A DNA stretch of 63,437 nt, the filler included, from Octopus bimaculoides (taxonomy: Eukaryota): NCBI RefSeq assembly GCF_001194135.2. It is 7 parts of 6 records of this genome, joined end to end, with 100 filler letters (N's around TTAATTAATTAA, not from the genome) between each part and the next. Parts side by side here need not be neighbours in the genome. Positions count along the whole stretch, not along the records: positions 1 to 17,058 come from NC_068984.1; positions 17,159 to 26,599 come from NC_068986.1; 5 more parts are not named here. One strand, written 5' to 3'. A program made the position numbers and the translations under genes. Under the pieces are notes generated by a model. That model made no database searches. It was not told the DNA's origin and saw nothing but the letters and a program-made list of their open reading frames with translations. Of this stretch, positions 12,386 through 23,800 are shown piece by piece. The first letter of the stretch is position 1. Each line of letters starts with the position of its first letter.

Positions 12386-12980
12386 TCAAGTGGCCCTGAA
12401 GCTATATGGTTGATTATATTTCATAGCCACTTTCCCGAACATTGTGTGGTTGAAGCACAGGTCGTCTCGCTTAACTCTACCCTGTCTCAAGAACGATCTT
12501 ATGGTTTTGACCATAACACTACTTGATAAAAGATGTTTGTCAGCTGCTTTCGCTAACTGCCGCAGGTCCTTGATGTCGTTCTGAGTTATGAAGGCCAGGA
12601 CCTTCCTAAACAAAAAGGAATGTGACTCACAGGGATGGTGGGGAACTAATGCCAACATCGTGTCCATCAACTTCGAAGGCTTGGAATCGCCTAATTCTTC
12701 TTCCAATATCTTGACTGCCACTTTCCGGTCGCTCAGCCGGAACGTATCCACTAGCCTGTCTTTTAACGTGGTGTATTTGTGCGTTGCTGGGGGTTTGGTT
12801 AGAATGTCCAGCACCCTTATTGCCGTGTCTTCATCTAGTGCCGCTGCTACGTATGAATATTTCGTTAGATCTGAAGTTATTTTGCGTATGTTAAATTGCC
12901 CTTTCGCTTCCGCGAACCACAAGCTTAGCCCTCGTCCGCTAGAATTGTGGTAGCTTCAGTGTTGTGTGATCACTTATCAT
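12386..12980 (-). pseudogene. gag: Gypsy gag-like fragment
   Basis: LKLPQF*..LWFAEAKGQF..RKITSDLTKYSYVAAALD...YTTLKDRL...LGDSKPSKLMDTML; early in-frame stop. Confidence 0.85.
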
Positions 12981-13049
12981 GTTTCTTTGATTTTCTGTTT
13001 ATTTCGATGTGTGAAGCGAAAGCTGTTGTTCTTCTGTGGGGTCACCAGT

Positions 13050-13279
13050 TATAGCTTTAGTTAAGCTATACACAAAAAATTTAACGGAAGCTCAGCGTGA
13101 GTTAGTGAAAGATTTATTCAGTTCAGCACATAAGGGCGACAGCCGCCAGTCAATTCCTGTTTCGTAGAAGTCCTGCTTAAGCAGAAGTCAGCTTCACTGC
13201 AGACCAGCTCCCTAGCTAGCCCGGAACGAATTTCCTTTCTACAGTTCGCCCGTCATAAATCCTTGGGGAGTGACCTACA
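13050..13279 (-). repeat. 5' LTR of the Gypsy element
   Basis: Pairs with 11136-11362 and is immediately followed (minus strand) by ACTGGTGACCCC. Confidence 0.9.
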
Positions 13280-13492
13280 CACTCATATATTTGTGAATAG
13301 AGTATGTACATAAATCAAAGTATATACTGTTATAGATCCATTTCAGCCGATCTTACCAATCGGTCTCGCATTTGGTATTAGATATACGGATATTAGTTAA
13401 AAGAGCAGTTAACTAACATCAAGTGCTCTTCAGAGACGGCAGGTACGAAAAAATATTGCGACTGCTCCCTCTTAATGGGGGTTAAAAAATGT

Positions 13493-13524
<32 letters not shown>

Positions 13525-14012
13525 TGAAACTACGGCTATAATTTGCTATGTACTTTGAATTATAATTAGTCTTTTTATTATTTTTGGGATGACTGAAATT
13601 AGTAATTAACTGATTAATTGATTTTGATAAGATTTTGGTTATAATAAGATAGAAAGTGGTATCCAAATATTACATGGATTGTTATTCTTTAATTAATTAA
13701 TATAATTAAAACAACTATAATTTTATATAATTAAACTCATTACGATCTCAAAAATATAAAGATATAGTTATTTCTTCTTTTCCAACATCACGTAAGTTGC
13801 AGTCTACAGAGATTTAATTAACTAGATCTTCATTAATATACTTCAATTGAACTAAATATAAAGTTTTCCAATTAGTGTTAAATTGTAGCAATGCCGGTTA
13901 AGTCATGAAACTTAATCATTTAGATTTTGTATCCCACAAATTTTCTCCATATTTGAAAGAGGGGTGAGTAAATTGCAAGCTCGCATGCATTCGTTTAATT
14001 TATGCTATGAAG

Positions 14013-14053
<41 letters not shown>

Positions 14054-14059
14054 TGTGTG

Positions 14060-14093
<34 letters not shown>

Positions 14094-14317
14094 AATTTAC
14101 CTGTGCGTGTGTGTGCGTTTGCGAACGTGTGGATGTGTTTACGTGTGTATTATAATGTGCATGTTTATGTTATAAAACTGAATTAAATTTCGTTTACAGC
14201 AACAAAAGCAGTATTAGTTCAGAATAGCAATCTCTGATTCAAACATAAAGCAGATACATCGCTGAAAGCCTGATAAACTATGGCATGCAACTTGAAATAA
14301 CATCTCTTATAGACATA

Positions 14318-14411
14318 CAGTGTTAAAATACACAGAAATATATCAGTAGGTGACGAAAATTGTCCGGCACTTTCGCCTGCTCCTGATATATTTCTGTGTT
14401 TTTTAACACTA
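14318..14411. mobile_element. 94-bp miniature inverted-repeat element, TA-flanked
   Basis: 29-bp arms CAGTGTTAAAATACACAGAAATATATCAG / CTGATATATTTCTGTGTTTTTTAACACTA (27/29 complementary). Confidence 0.7.
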
Positions 14412-15078
14412 TAGTTCTATTTATATCTCGAGATGAATATCACTGTTCATCAGGCTTTCAACGATGTATCTGCTTTGCGTATGATACTCAGATTACTATT
14501 ATGATAAATGCTTGAACTTAAAGTGTTTAAGTAAAATATCAGCATCGTTGTGAAATATTGCGTGCCGTAATTTTCCCGTAACCTGGATATTTATTGCATA
14601 TCACCATCTCTCACATCCCCAGCTTCCGAGCAAACGCAAGGACGGCTGCATGGATAAGGCAACCAAGAAATTGTAGCATAAAATTTCAAAATTTCTTCAA
14701 ACCACACTCTGTCATATTAAAGGTTGAAGATTTCATCGAATAATTTAGTCACTGGTGCACTATTGCTGCAGAAATACTATGAGAAAAAAGGAGAAAAAAA
14801 GAAATGGGATAGTCACGATCTGAACGTATTTAATCAATGATCTACTCCATTAGAGCCGACATGTAGTTACTGAGAGGACCAGCATTAGGTATTCCGGTAT
14901 CTTGTACAAGCTGAATCTTTTTGGCATAATTCCAACTATATTTTAGAGGATTCTAGGAGTATGTATAAATGTATTTTTGTACGCAGGTAGTGGATATACA
15001 TACATGCTTGCAAACATACACACATGCATGCATACATACATACATACATACATACATACATACATACATGTGTGTGTT

Positions 15079-15132
<54 letters not shown>

Positions 15133-15950
15133 TACACAATATAAATAGAGTGAGAAAGAGTGGGGAGGAAGAGAATTTCAGTTGTTTGAATTTACGAGTA
15201 TATTGCTAGCACTTTTTTAAAGAAAAAAATGTCGGCATTGCCGGGATTTGAATTGAACACCGCAAGGTGCAATGCTATGAATGATTACTATAAAGGAAGT
15301 AACGTGTGGCTAGTTGGGAGCTCACATCATTGACAAGCGCATCATTAAATTAAATGGAAATAGCATTAAATTAAAATGTTTGCATCATAATAAATGTATA
15401 TACACCGTTTGAAAGCTAGCTGCTGTGAAATTGTCTGAAATAATATCTTTTCATTGACTTGCTATGTTAAAAGTCATATCGCGGCGGGATGAGCGACATT
15501 GCTGCAGCCAGTCACGAAAATTTCAGTTGCGCACACCAAGCTTTACCACAGCGCGACAAGCTTCCGTAATATCAGGGAAATTGCTATTCATTCTATCTTA
15601 TACATGTCGGGGCATGAATTTCGTTTAAGCAGATGACAATCGGGTACACAGCACGGATAGGTCTCAAGAAAGGAGAAGAGATTTTATCTCAGACAATTCC
15701 ACAATATTATGCCTTCTAGCGGTCTGTTTATATATAGTACGATACACAGATTTTAATTTCATGTTGTTTTAATTCCGTAGGCCGATATGTATATACGAAC
15801 AGAACACGACTGTAGGGGCACAAGAAAACGCGAACTGCGCAGGTCCAAAGCCAGCTCTTTCGGGGTCGATAAATTAAGTTGCGTATTGGGGTTGATCTAA
15901 CTGATTCGCACCTTCCCCAAAATTTCGGACCTTGTGCCTAGAGTAGAAAA

Positions 15951-15995
<45 letters not shown>

Positions 15996-16369
15996 AAGGG
16001 GCCTTCCAATGTACCCACACATTTCCGTAGATTCATCGCTCCGCTGGGATTCTTCGACACCATCTTCCGCTATACACGAAGGTTTCCGTATTGCACCGAC
16101 AATTTAGTAGGCATTTGACTTTACCTCTGCATGATCAGCCTGCCTCTGTGCTAGGTTTGGATCTATTTACAAATATTTTTTTTATGCTTCGTGCACAGCC
16201 AAAAGAGACCCCTTAAGTATATGTAGTAACGATTTTTTTAACCTATGTGTTTATGGAAAATGCTTTTCCACTAAATTAAGGAAGATCTATGTTAAAATTT
16301 GTGTTGGTAGAATCTTCCATAGTTTAGTGGATCAAACCATAATAAATGTCTCCACCATCTCTTATGAAG

Positions 16370-16705
16370 ATATATGGCTCAGTGGTTAGAGCATCAGACT
16401 CACAATCATGAGGTAATGAGTTGGATTCCCGGTCCGGGGCTGTGTGTTTTGTCCTTGAGCAAAACACTTCATTTCATGTTCCTCCAATTCACTCAGCTGT
16501 AGAAATGAGTTGCGATGTCACTAGTGCCAAGCTATGTCGGCCTTTGCTTTTCCCTTGGACAACATCAATAGCGTGGAGAGGGGAGGCTGGTATACACGGG
16601 CAACTGCTGGTCTTCCATAAACAACCTTGCCTGGACTTGTACCTAGGAGGGGAACTTTCTAGGTGTAATCCCATGATCATTCATGACGGAAGGGGTTTTT
16701 TTACC
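16370..16705 (+). mobile_element. tRNA-derived SINE with clear Pol III boxes
   Basis: A box TGGCTCAGTGGTTAGAGC (16375), B-box-like GAGTTGGATTCCC, then GTCCTTGAGCAAAACACTT...CACTCAGCTG; related pieces on minus at ~46980-47090 and ~51390-51445. Confidence 0.8.
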
Positions 16706-17025
16706 CGTTTTTTCCGTCTCTTACAACCCACACCATACAAATTAATATATTTCTCCTATCCTTCTCCGTCTTCCTCCCCATACAACTAATTACAATGTCT
16801 ACCTACATCACAAATAATTCTCATTCACCAACCGAAGAACACCCGGTCAAAAACTATATAAAGTCAGAAAGACCAAAGAAGCCTACAATACGATGACAGA
16901 TGACAAGTCACTGTCAAACTTTCCTTTTGTAAAAATTAAGAAATATATGCACTGGTAAAAAGTACTGAGTGATCCTCCAATTTCATGCTAAATTTTAATA
17001 TGTAAGGTACATAAAAAAATATATA

Positions 17026-17058
<33 letters not shown>

Positions 17059-17158
17059 NNNNNNNNNNNNNNNNNNNNNNNNNNNNNNNNNNNNNNNNNN
17101 NNTTAATTAATTAANNNNNNNNNNNNNNNNNNNNNNNNNNNNNNNNNNNNNNNNNNNN
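17059..17158. other. Assembly spacer: 44 N + TTAATTAATTAA + 44 N (similar blocks with the 12-mer at 26644, 37454, 44503, 56833, 59948)
   Basis: The same 12-mer is embedded in N runs six times and places stop codons in all six frames. Confidence 0.95.
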
Positions 17159-17229
17159 GTCGACCAAAAGCCTTTTGAGTGGATTTGGTAGACGGAAACT
17201 GAAAGAAGCCTGTCGTATATATATTTATA

Positions 17230-17276
<47 letters not shown>

Positions 17277-17470
17277 CCACCAACATCGTTTGACAACAGA
17301 TGCTGGTGTGTTTACGCCCCCGTAACTTAGCGGTTCGGCCAAAGACCGATAGAATATGTACTAGGCTAACAAAAAAAAGTCCTGGGGTCGATTTGTTTGA
17401 CTAAAGGTGGTTCTCCAGCATGGCTGCAGTCAAACGAGTGAAACAGTTAAAAGAATAAAAGAATAAAAGA
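17159..17470 (+). mobile_element. SINE family A, 3' two-thirds (5' end in gap)
   Basis: GAGTGGATTTGGTAGACGGAAACTGAAAGAAG...CCAGCATGGCTGCAGTC...(AAAAGAAT)n tail. Confidence 0.85.
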
Positions 17471-18475
17471 TTGTACATAATTCCTCATCTCTTAAATATA
17501 GAACTGGATGTAGGTTAGATTACCATTCTGTATATTAATGGCTGGCTTATAGAAATTACGATTATTATCATTACTACATAACACTGAGTTTCCTGAAACA
17601 ACTTTCGAATTAAAAGATTACATACATCCTTCGTATTTTATTCTATAATTTTGTGATCCATGTAAATATATTTATAGTTTTGGTTGGTATTAGAATATCT
17701 TAAAAGTGTGAATATTTAAATATTCATTATGTGTCAGATAACAAGTAATATCATGATGAAAAAATGTTTTATAGAATTCTATGGTAATAAATATAATTAT
17801 CAATTCTTCGCTGGTAATCACCATTTTCTTTTACAATACATGAAACTAACATACTGGTTATAAAGTGATGCTTTATCGAGCATACGTCTCGATAGGTTGT
17901 AGTTTACAGCAATAATTCTTATATATCACAATAAAGTTTGTGTAACAATCTACAACCATATTTACAGCATTATACAAAAATGGCGCAGATTACGTCTTTA
18001 ATAATCTTTTATGTTTCATCATATATCATTGTTTGCAATTAAAGAACAGACATACACACACGCACGTAAGCAATTCCACCACACACACACATACACATAC
18101 TTTATGTACTTCATTGTACTATACACTCATCTTCAGCTACAATTACATTTTGCATAACGGAGTAGATTGCAATATATGTTATCATATTCTGTAATAGGAT
18201 GCAAATATTATATTATAATGTTATTAACAATATTTCATTATGGGATAGCGATAAATCTTTACAGTAATATCTTCATCACATACCGATCTACAGATTGTAT
18301 TTTCGGCTATATTAACTCGATTTTATGATTGTTTTTAGTGTATATGTCACATACTTAATAGAACACTTATGATATATAGAGCGAGTTTGGAGTACATTTG
18401 ACAGTTTGCATTAACGGAAAAGAAAAGGCAATAACACAAAAGTAGTAAAAAATATTAAATCATATCAACTAGAAT

Positions 18476-18768
18476 CAGTGGTTCTCAAAGTGGACGGTAC
18501 TTCCCCCGCTCCGACCCTGTGGGCGGTAGAAATATCAAGAGGGGCAATAATAGGGTGGCCAAAAGGGGGTGATGAATGTAACCCCCCCCACTATTCCCCA
18601 CCCCCAAATAATTTCTTAATTAGGTTAAGTTTTATTTGTGAAATACTGTTGTGTTGAATTTGTTACAGAAAGTGGTCTACGTTTATGGTGCTGAGGTGGG
18701 GGTGGAGCGATAGCAATGAGACTCGAGCGTCAAGGGGGCGGAAGTCCGAAAAAGTTTGGGAACTACTG
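18476..18768. mobile_element. hAT (Charlie-like) MITE, 293 bp
   Basis: TIRs CAGTGGTTCTCAAA / TTTGGGAACTACTG; flanks AACTAGAAT and AACTAGAT resemble an 8-bp CTAG-cored TSD. Confidence 0.75.
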
Positions 18769-18775
18769 AACTAGA

Positions 18776-19430
18776 TTATAGCTGGGAGATAACAGTGTAC
18801 TGAAAGTAGCCGCCCTCAGCTTTCACCAAGGCCTCAACAGGGCTCCGGAACCTGGCATAGGCATCCCTCACTGTATTCCATGGAAGATTTTCGAAAACCT
18901 CTTTGATCCTGTCCACTAGCTCCCCCTTAGTATTACAAGCAGAGCGATTGGTGTCTTTCCCAGCCACGCCCCACACATGGTAATACATGATATTACAACC
19001 GGGAGAATTAGGGGGCCAAAAACTGGGGCTGGTGAAGTCGTGGAAATTTTCTGACAAGCACTTCTGAGTCTTTCTGGAGATATGACAACGAGCAGACCTC
19101 TTCTTTCACACATATGACCTTCCAGCAGCAATCCCCTCCAGCCAGGGTTTGACCATAATCCCCAACAACTTCACATAGCCGCCGGAGTTAAGCCTGTAGC
19201 CCTGTTCGAAGATGTGGGGACGAACCCCGGCGTACGCATGCAATGAGAATGCCTGCTATGTCCCTTCCAGCTGACCACAGTCACATAGTCTTTGTTGCAG
19301 CTGTTCATGTCACGTCATACAGCCGTTTCAGTGTCTACAGAACATTGAGCAGCAGTCATGACGTCAGCATTTCAATACTCGCTGCGAATCATCAAGCTAT
19401 ATGTAACTCTATTCTAATATTCAGGTAGCT
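18776..19430 (-). mobile_element. Tc1/mariner-superfamily transposase remnant (maT/Bmmar1-like)
   Basis: PHIFEQGYRLNSGGYVKLL..VKPW; AGRSYV*..SARCHISRKTQ.CLSENF; FWPPNSPGCN.MYYHVWG; FRSPVEALVKAEGGYFQ. Confidence 0.8.
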
Positions 19431-20338
19431 TCCAGTCCTCCACGTCAGCTAACGTTTTCTCAGTTACAACTTTCATTCTAATGCTCTCCAATGACATTGT
19501 CTGTTCACCAATGCATCAAATTATTCCTGCAAAAAAAAAAGAAAAAATAATAAACAATCAAAAGGAAACATTAAAAAATCGTGAAATTTAGACTGAACAC
19601 CATATATGATACATATTGAAGTTTATATAAAATACGTAAATTTATTTTTTAAATATTATATGTGAGATAACATAATGTAGCAAGTCAAATTCATGCTATA
19701 TCTTAGACATATATGAAATACGTATGTTATTTAACAATTCTCTCAGAACCAATGTTTTTTGTATATACGCTAAGAGATAAAAACACATCCTGACATTTGA
19801 CATTAATTTTGTAACTTTAAGATTCTACTGCACTTAACTTTTCATAATCACACACAGAATTGACTATGACTAAATACTGTCTTTGACAAATGTACTTCAG
19901 CTCTGCCGAATGACTCGTTTTCAGACTTGCTAATAGACAAACCATTTGAATAGGAAGCGCTTTCTTTTCATAGCACAGAATAGTGTTTTATCATTATTAA
20001 ATCCACTCGGAGTTAAAATGATTCTGAAACAATACATTGTCTTGTCTTCTGCTGGTATGTATAACTTCTGTAGAGAGGCATTGTATTGCTAAAGCTCTGA
20101 TTTGTCTAGTATTATTCTGTAGGAAGTTTCTAGGATTGAGGTTTACGCTTGAGTATTACAATTGAATTAGATGTTAGGTTTAATTCTTAAGGAGGTAATC
20201 CCACTTGGTTAATTTGGTTAAAATTTTCTGTCGAATAATTTACGTCTTGTCCATCATTTCTCTGTTGCAATGCAATGATGTCTGTACTTTTATGTTCAGT
20301 GGCAGTAAATTCACAACTCTATTATCGGATTCCAAAGA

Positions 20339-20522
20339 AGACGACGAGCTGGACAAATCGTTAGGGCATCGAGCAAAATGTTTAGCGACACCTCGTTCGT
20401 CTTTAGGTTCTGAGTTCAAATTCCGCAAAGGTCGACTTTGACTTTCATACTTTCGGGGTCGATAAAAGGACAAACCCCAGTGCGTAACTGGTATTTAATT
20501 TATCGACCCCGAAAGGATGAAA
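20339..20522 (+). mobile_element. SINE family B followed by an inverted copy of its 3' part
   Basis: GACGAGCTGG..CGTTAG..TTCTGAGTTCAAATTCCGC..GGTCGACTTTG..TTTCGGGGTCGATAAA; 24-bp inverted arms at 20443-20466 and 20499-20522. Confidence 0.8.
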
Positions 20523-20639
20523 TCTTCTGATGGAATATCCAGAAATAATAATGATCCTAAAAGCACAAGGCCATCAATTTTCAGAGGAGGAACAACTCGG
20601 TAGCATTAACCTCAGTACAAGACTGTTACTTAGATGTTT

Positions 20640-20870
20640 TGCAAACAACTTGGACATGCAAGCGCTACCAGTCAAAAGCTCCGCATACCGGAAACGAGCA
20701 AGTGTATGGGGCCACCAGGAGAGAATACGCGCGTTTCAAGGCCTACCTCTCGACGGCATCATTGCGCACCCTCACTGATATGAGGCCCCGCTTGTTAGAT
20801 CAACTGGTTATCAAATAAAGCCCAATATTCTTCTAGCCATCGCTCATCGTCCCTTTTTAAACAAATCCAG
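20640..20870 (+). repeat. Unclassified ~220-bp dispersed repeat (second copy ~44118-44340)
   Basis: Both copies share CAACTTGG..ATGCAAG.GCTACCA.T..AAAGCTCCGCATAC...CTACCTCTCGAC.GCATCATTGC...ATGAGGCCCCGCTTG.TAGATCA.CTGGTTATCA...CAATATTCTTCTAGCCAT.GCTCATCGT. Confidence 0.8.
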
Positions 20871-23800
20871 TGGCTACCCCTTTCCACTATAGTTTGGCTA
20901 TCACTCGTGGTGGTGTTTACTTTACGATGAGTTAGGCCTAACGATAACAACATTTGCCTCACAGCGCATCCAACGAATCCTCTACGATCCTGAAAGGAAG
21001 GAAGGCAAAAATGACCTCGGTTGAATTTCAACTCAGAATATGAGTCGGAAGAAATACTGAAAAGCATTTTGTCCGACGCACTAACAATTCTGTCAGCTCG
21101 TTGTCTTGCCTTTCAGCCAAATAGTATAGTTCTGAATGCGTTGAAAGTGTATAAGGTACTAGGGGATGGAACCTCCTTTCGTTGTACTATTACGCTCTCA
21201 TTTCAAAATCAGCACAATGTCAGATCTTACATAGGATAACATATTTTTTTCCCACGTACGGTGGATAATTTTAAAAATATGTTGTATCGCTATGTTTCGT
21301 CTGAGCCTCCAGGGTCAACAAAAGACAGAACCTTTGTTCTGTATCGTTATTCTCAATACTTATTGCTGCTAAATACACGACGTTGAATTCCAACTTTGAA
21401 TTTCAACACCAATTTCAGTTGTATTCTTCACGTAAATTTCATTGATATCTCCATTAAAAATTGATGCTTATTCATGTAATCCTAAGCCACATCTGCACAG
21501 ACGACTGTGAATTACGATTGTTTTCTAAAATTTCGAACACTGAGTTGTTGCGAGTTTCTTCATTTGATTTACGTTTTGCTATGAAATCCTGCATAATGTG
21601 TCGGTGAAATTTATGGAATAGCGACAGAGGATCACTTAATCTATTTAAAGAATATATAATGGCAAACGATTCTCTCAGTTTGGGACATATTCTGATTTCT
21701 TCCGCTTCTAACACACATCATACATATTCTTCATCATTATTTTGTAAATTTCTGCTTTCAGCAGCTGTTTTCTAAGTGAGATGAATAACACCGCCATGAG
21801 TGAAATCTTTTTAAAACTTGTAACTCGTTTTACACACATTAATCTTAATCTGAAGTAAAATGTTTCAGTTTCTTATCGATGTATTTCATATATTTTGGCC
21901 TTTGTAAAAGGAAATTGACTGTGGGTGTTTAAAATGTACCGAGAAATGAATCACAGTATGTGATGTCATTTTGCGCACCAACAACGGCCATATTACATTT
22001 TTGGTGAACTGACAAAACAGCCATTAATGCCATATGTAATTACAACACGAATTGAAATAATGTGATCCTGGATTTTCCTCGGTACCCACTTATACCCTCT
22101 ATATATGTACATGAATTTCAAGAAGGTCTTGGAAAAGTAAATTTCAATATTGATGCGCTGTTTGTAGTTGTACCGGAGTGGTTTGTTGTATGGTGTAATT
22201 CAGACCACAGCTTCTTTTGGAATATCATTTTGACATACTTTGCTAATGCACCTTCTGTAAAGAAGATAATCTACGCCTTTAGCTGTTGTGTCATTTCTGA
22301 AATCTTCTGGAAATCCTTTAGAGCATTTATTGTTTTGTACAGAGAATGTATATTACTTAGTTTCACTTCAGGGTTCATGCTTTTGAGACATTATTTTTCG
22401 ACAATTTTGTTGGCTGTTCTACCGGATTTGGAAACGCTGAGCATAATTTTATGGATTCCGGTGGAGTCATTGAAAATTTGTTTCCCTTGCAATTTCTGAG
22501 AATATGAGTTCAAGGCTTGAGTTTGAAATTGACATATTAGGGTCGAATAGCTGGGCAGTTCCAAAGGATCTTCTCACTATGCTCCCAAATAGTAAATTTA
22601 ATATTTGTTTGAATACTCAAGATATGAAATGAGGTCAAAGTGGAACAGTCTACATCAAATAAAATTTGAAAAAAGTGAAAGACAACAAATTGGCCACGTC
22701 GGCTTTTGGTCCATTGTAATATAAGGACCATGACAACACATAAATCAGATTGTTAGCTTAGTTCGAAATTTGGATAAATTAACGTATAATGTATAATTTA
22801 TATTGTTCATCTAGATGTTTGGGATAAAGAAGGACGTCCCTGGCAAATAGCAGTATTTCGTCTGTATACCTGACCACTATTGATAAGCCTAGGTGGTCTA
22901 CTGTTGGCAAAGTAGAAGGTCTTTTACCAATACAACGATCTTGTATATACACTGTTTTCTGTGAGGGCTTAATTATTTTCCTGTTGTGTGTGCTCCATCC
23001 CTCCTTCCACTTGTAATAGTATATTCTTTGCCTTTATTTAAGCTCTATTATCTTTAGAATGAACTTAGTTCACAGATACACCCTACATTAGTTTGGCGAT
23101 GAAGTCTAGTCTCACCTGCCACTGCTGTAAAATCGATACCACACATTCGAACCCATTGTCTTTTCGAAGATGCCTATTAATTAGAATGCACATGCATTCT
23201 AAAACAAAACATTTATCTCTTGGCTTACGAGCTGCCTAAGACCCCATTAATGTAAGCGAAAATGCCAAGTTGGAAGGTTTAATGTTCGTTAAATTTGAAT
23301 AATGAAAGTCACCTTGCTTGCTCACACCAATTTTCATGTTTTACAGCAAACGTCGCCAATGAGACCTGTATACTATCAACTACAGAAGTCATTTCTGAGT
23401 TTCTCGGCAGCAAATGGTTTGTTCCATAAAACTGATATATTACTTTAATTTCTCTACACAAATGAAGCTCAGAATTAGCAGAAAATACTAAATTATTCAG
23501 GTCGTAGATCCAATTCTGTCGTTCTTGTTTCATGCTCACAACATTACGATACCTACCAATGTTTTACGGCCTTCTTTTTCTTATTCGATTTCTCAGTATC
23601 CGTTCATGTCTTCGTTGTTGAATGCCATCTAATCTTGTCGAAGTTCTTTGTCTTTAGTTATCTATTCTTCTTTTACTTTGTTTACACTTTCAGTTTTTTT
23701 AATTTGTAGCAACTCTTTGTATTCCTCGTGTTTTTTTTTTTAGTTTTTTTTTACCCTTGACTTTTATTAGTGATTCTTTATTAGTTATTCTTTCAATGAG

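Larger units (their letters stand above)
11136..13279 (-). mobile_element. Internally deleted Ty3/Gypsy LTR retrotransposon (2144 bp)
   Basis: Direct LTRs at 11136-11362 and 13050-13279 (both start TGTAGG on the minus strand), PBS-like TGGTGACCCC next to the 5' LTR, purine tract GAGAGAGAG before the 3' LTR, 4-bp TSD CACT (11132-11135 and 13280-13283), and gag, protease and integrase fragments. Confidence 0.92.
19700..22760 (-). mobile_element. Heavily decayed Helitron Rep/helicase remnant interrupted by SINEs
   Basis: In order on the minus strand: GPYITM..KPTWPI; KGFPEDFRNDT; PYNKPL..INIEI; DEEY..VLEAEE..PKLRESFAII; DPGGS (Walker A-like); GLPP*ELNL..IVILKR; SISKS..VHL..VFSHSQ; TKNI. All resemble Helitron motifs. 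Confidence 0.75.

Noticed and set aside
16370-16450. tRNA-like sequence with A and B boxes
   Set aside because: No acceptor-stem closure; it continues into a SINE body with other copies, so it is a SINE head, not a tRNA gene.
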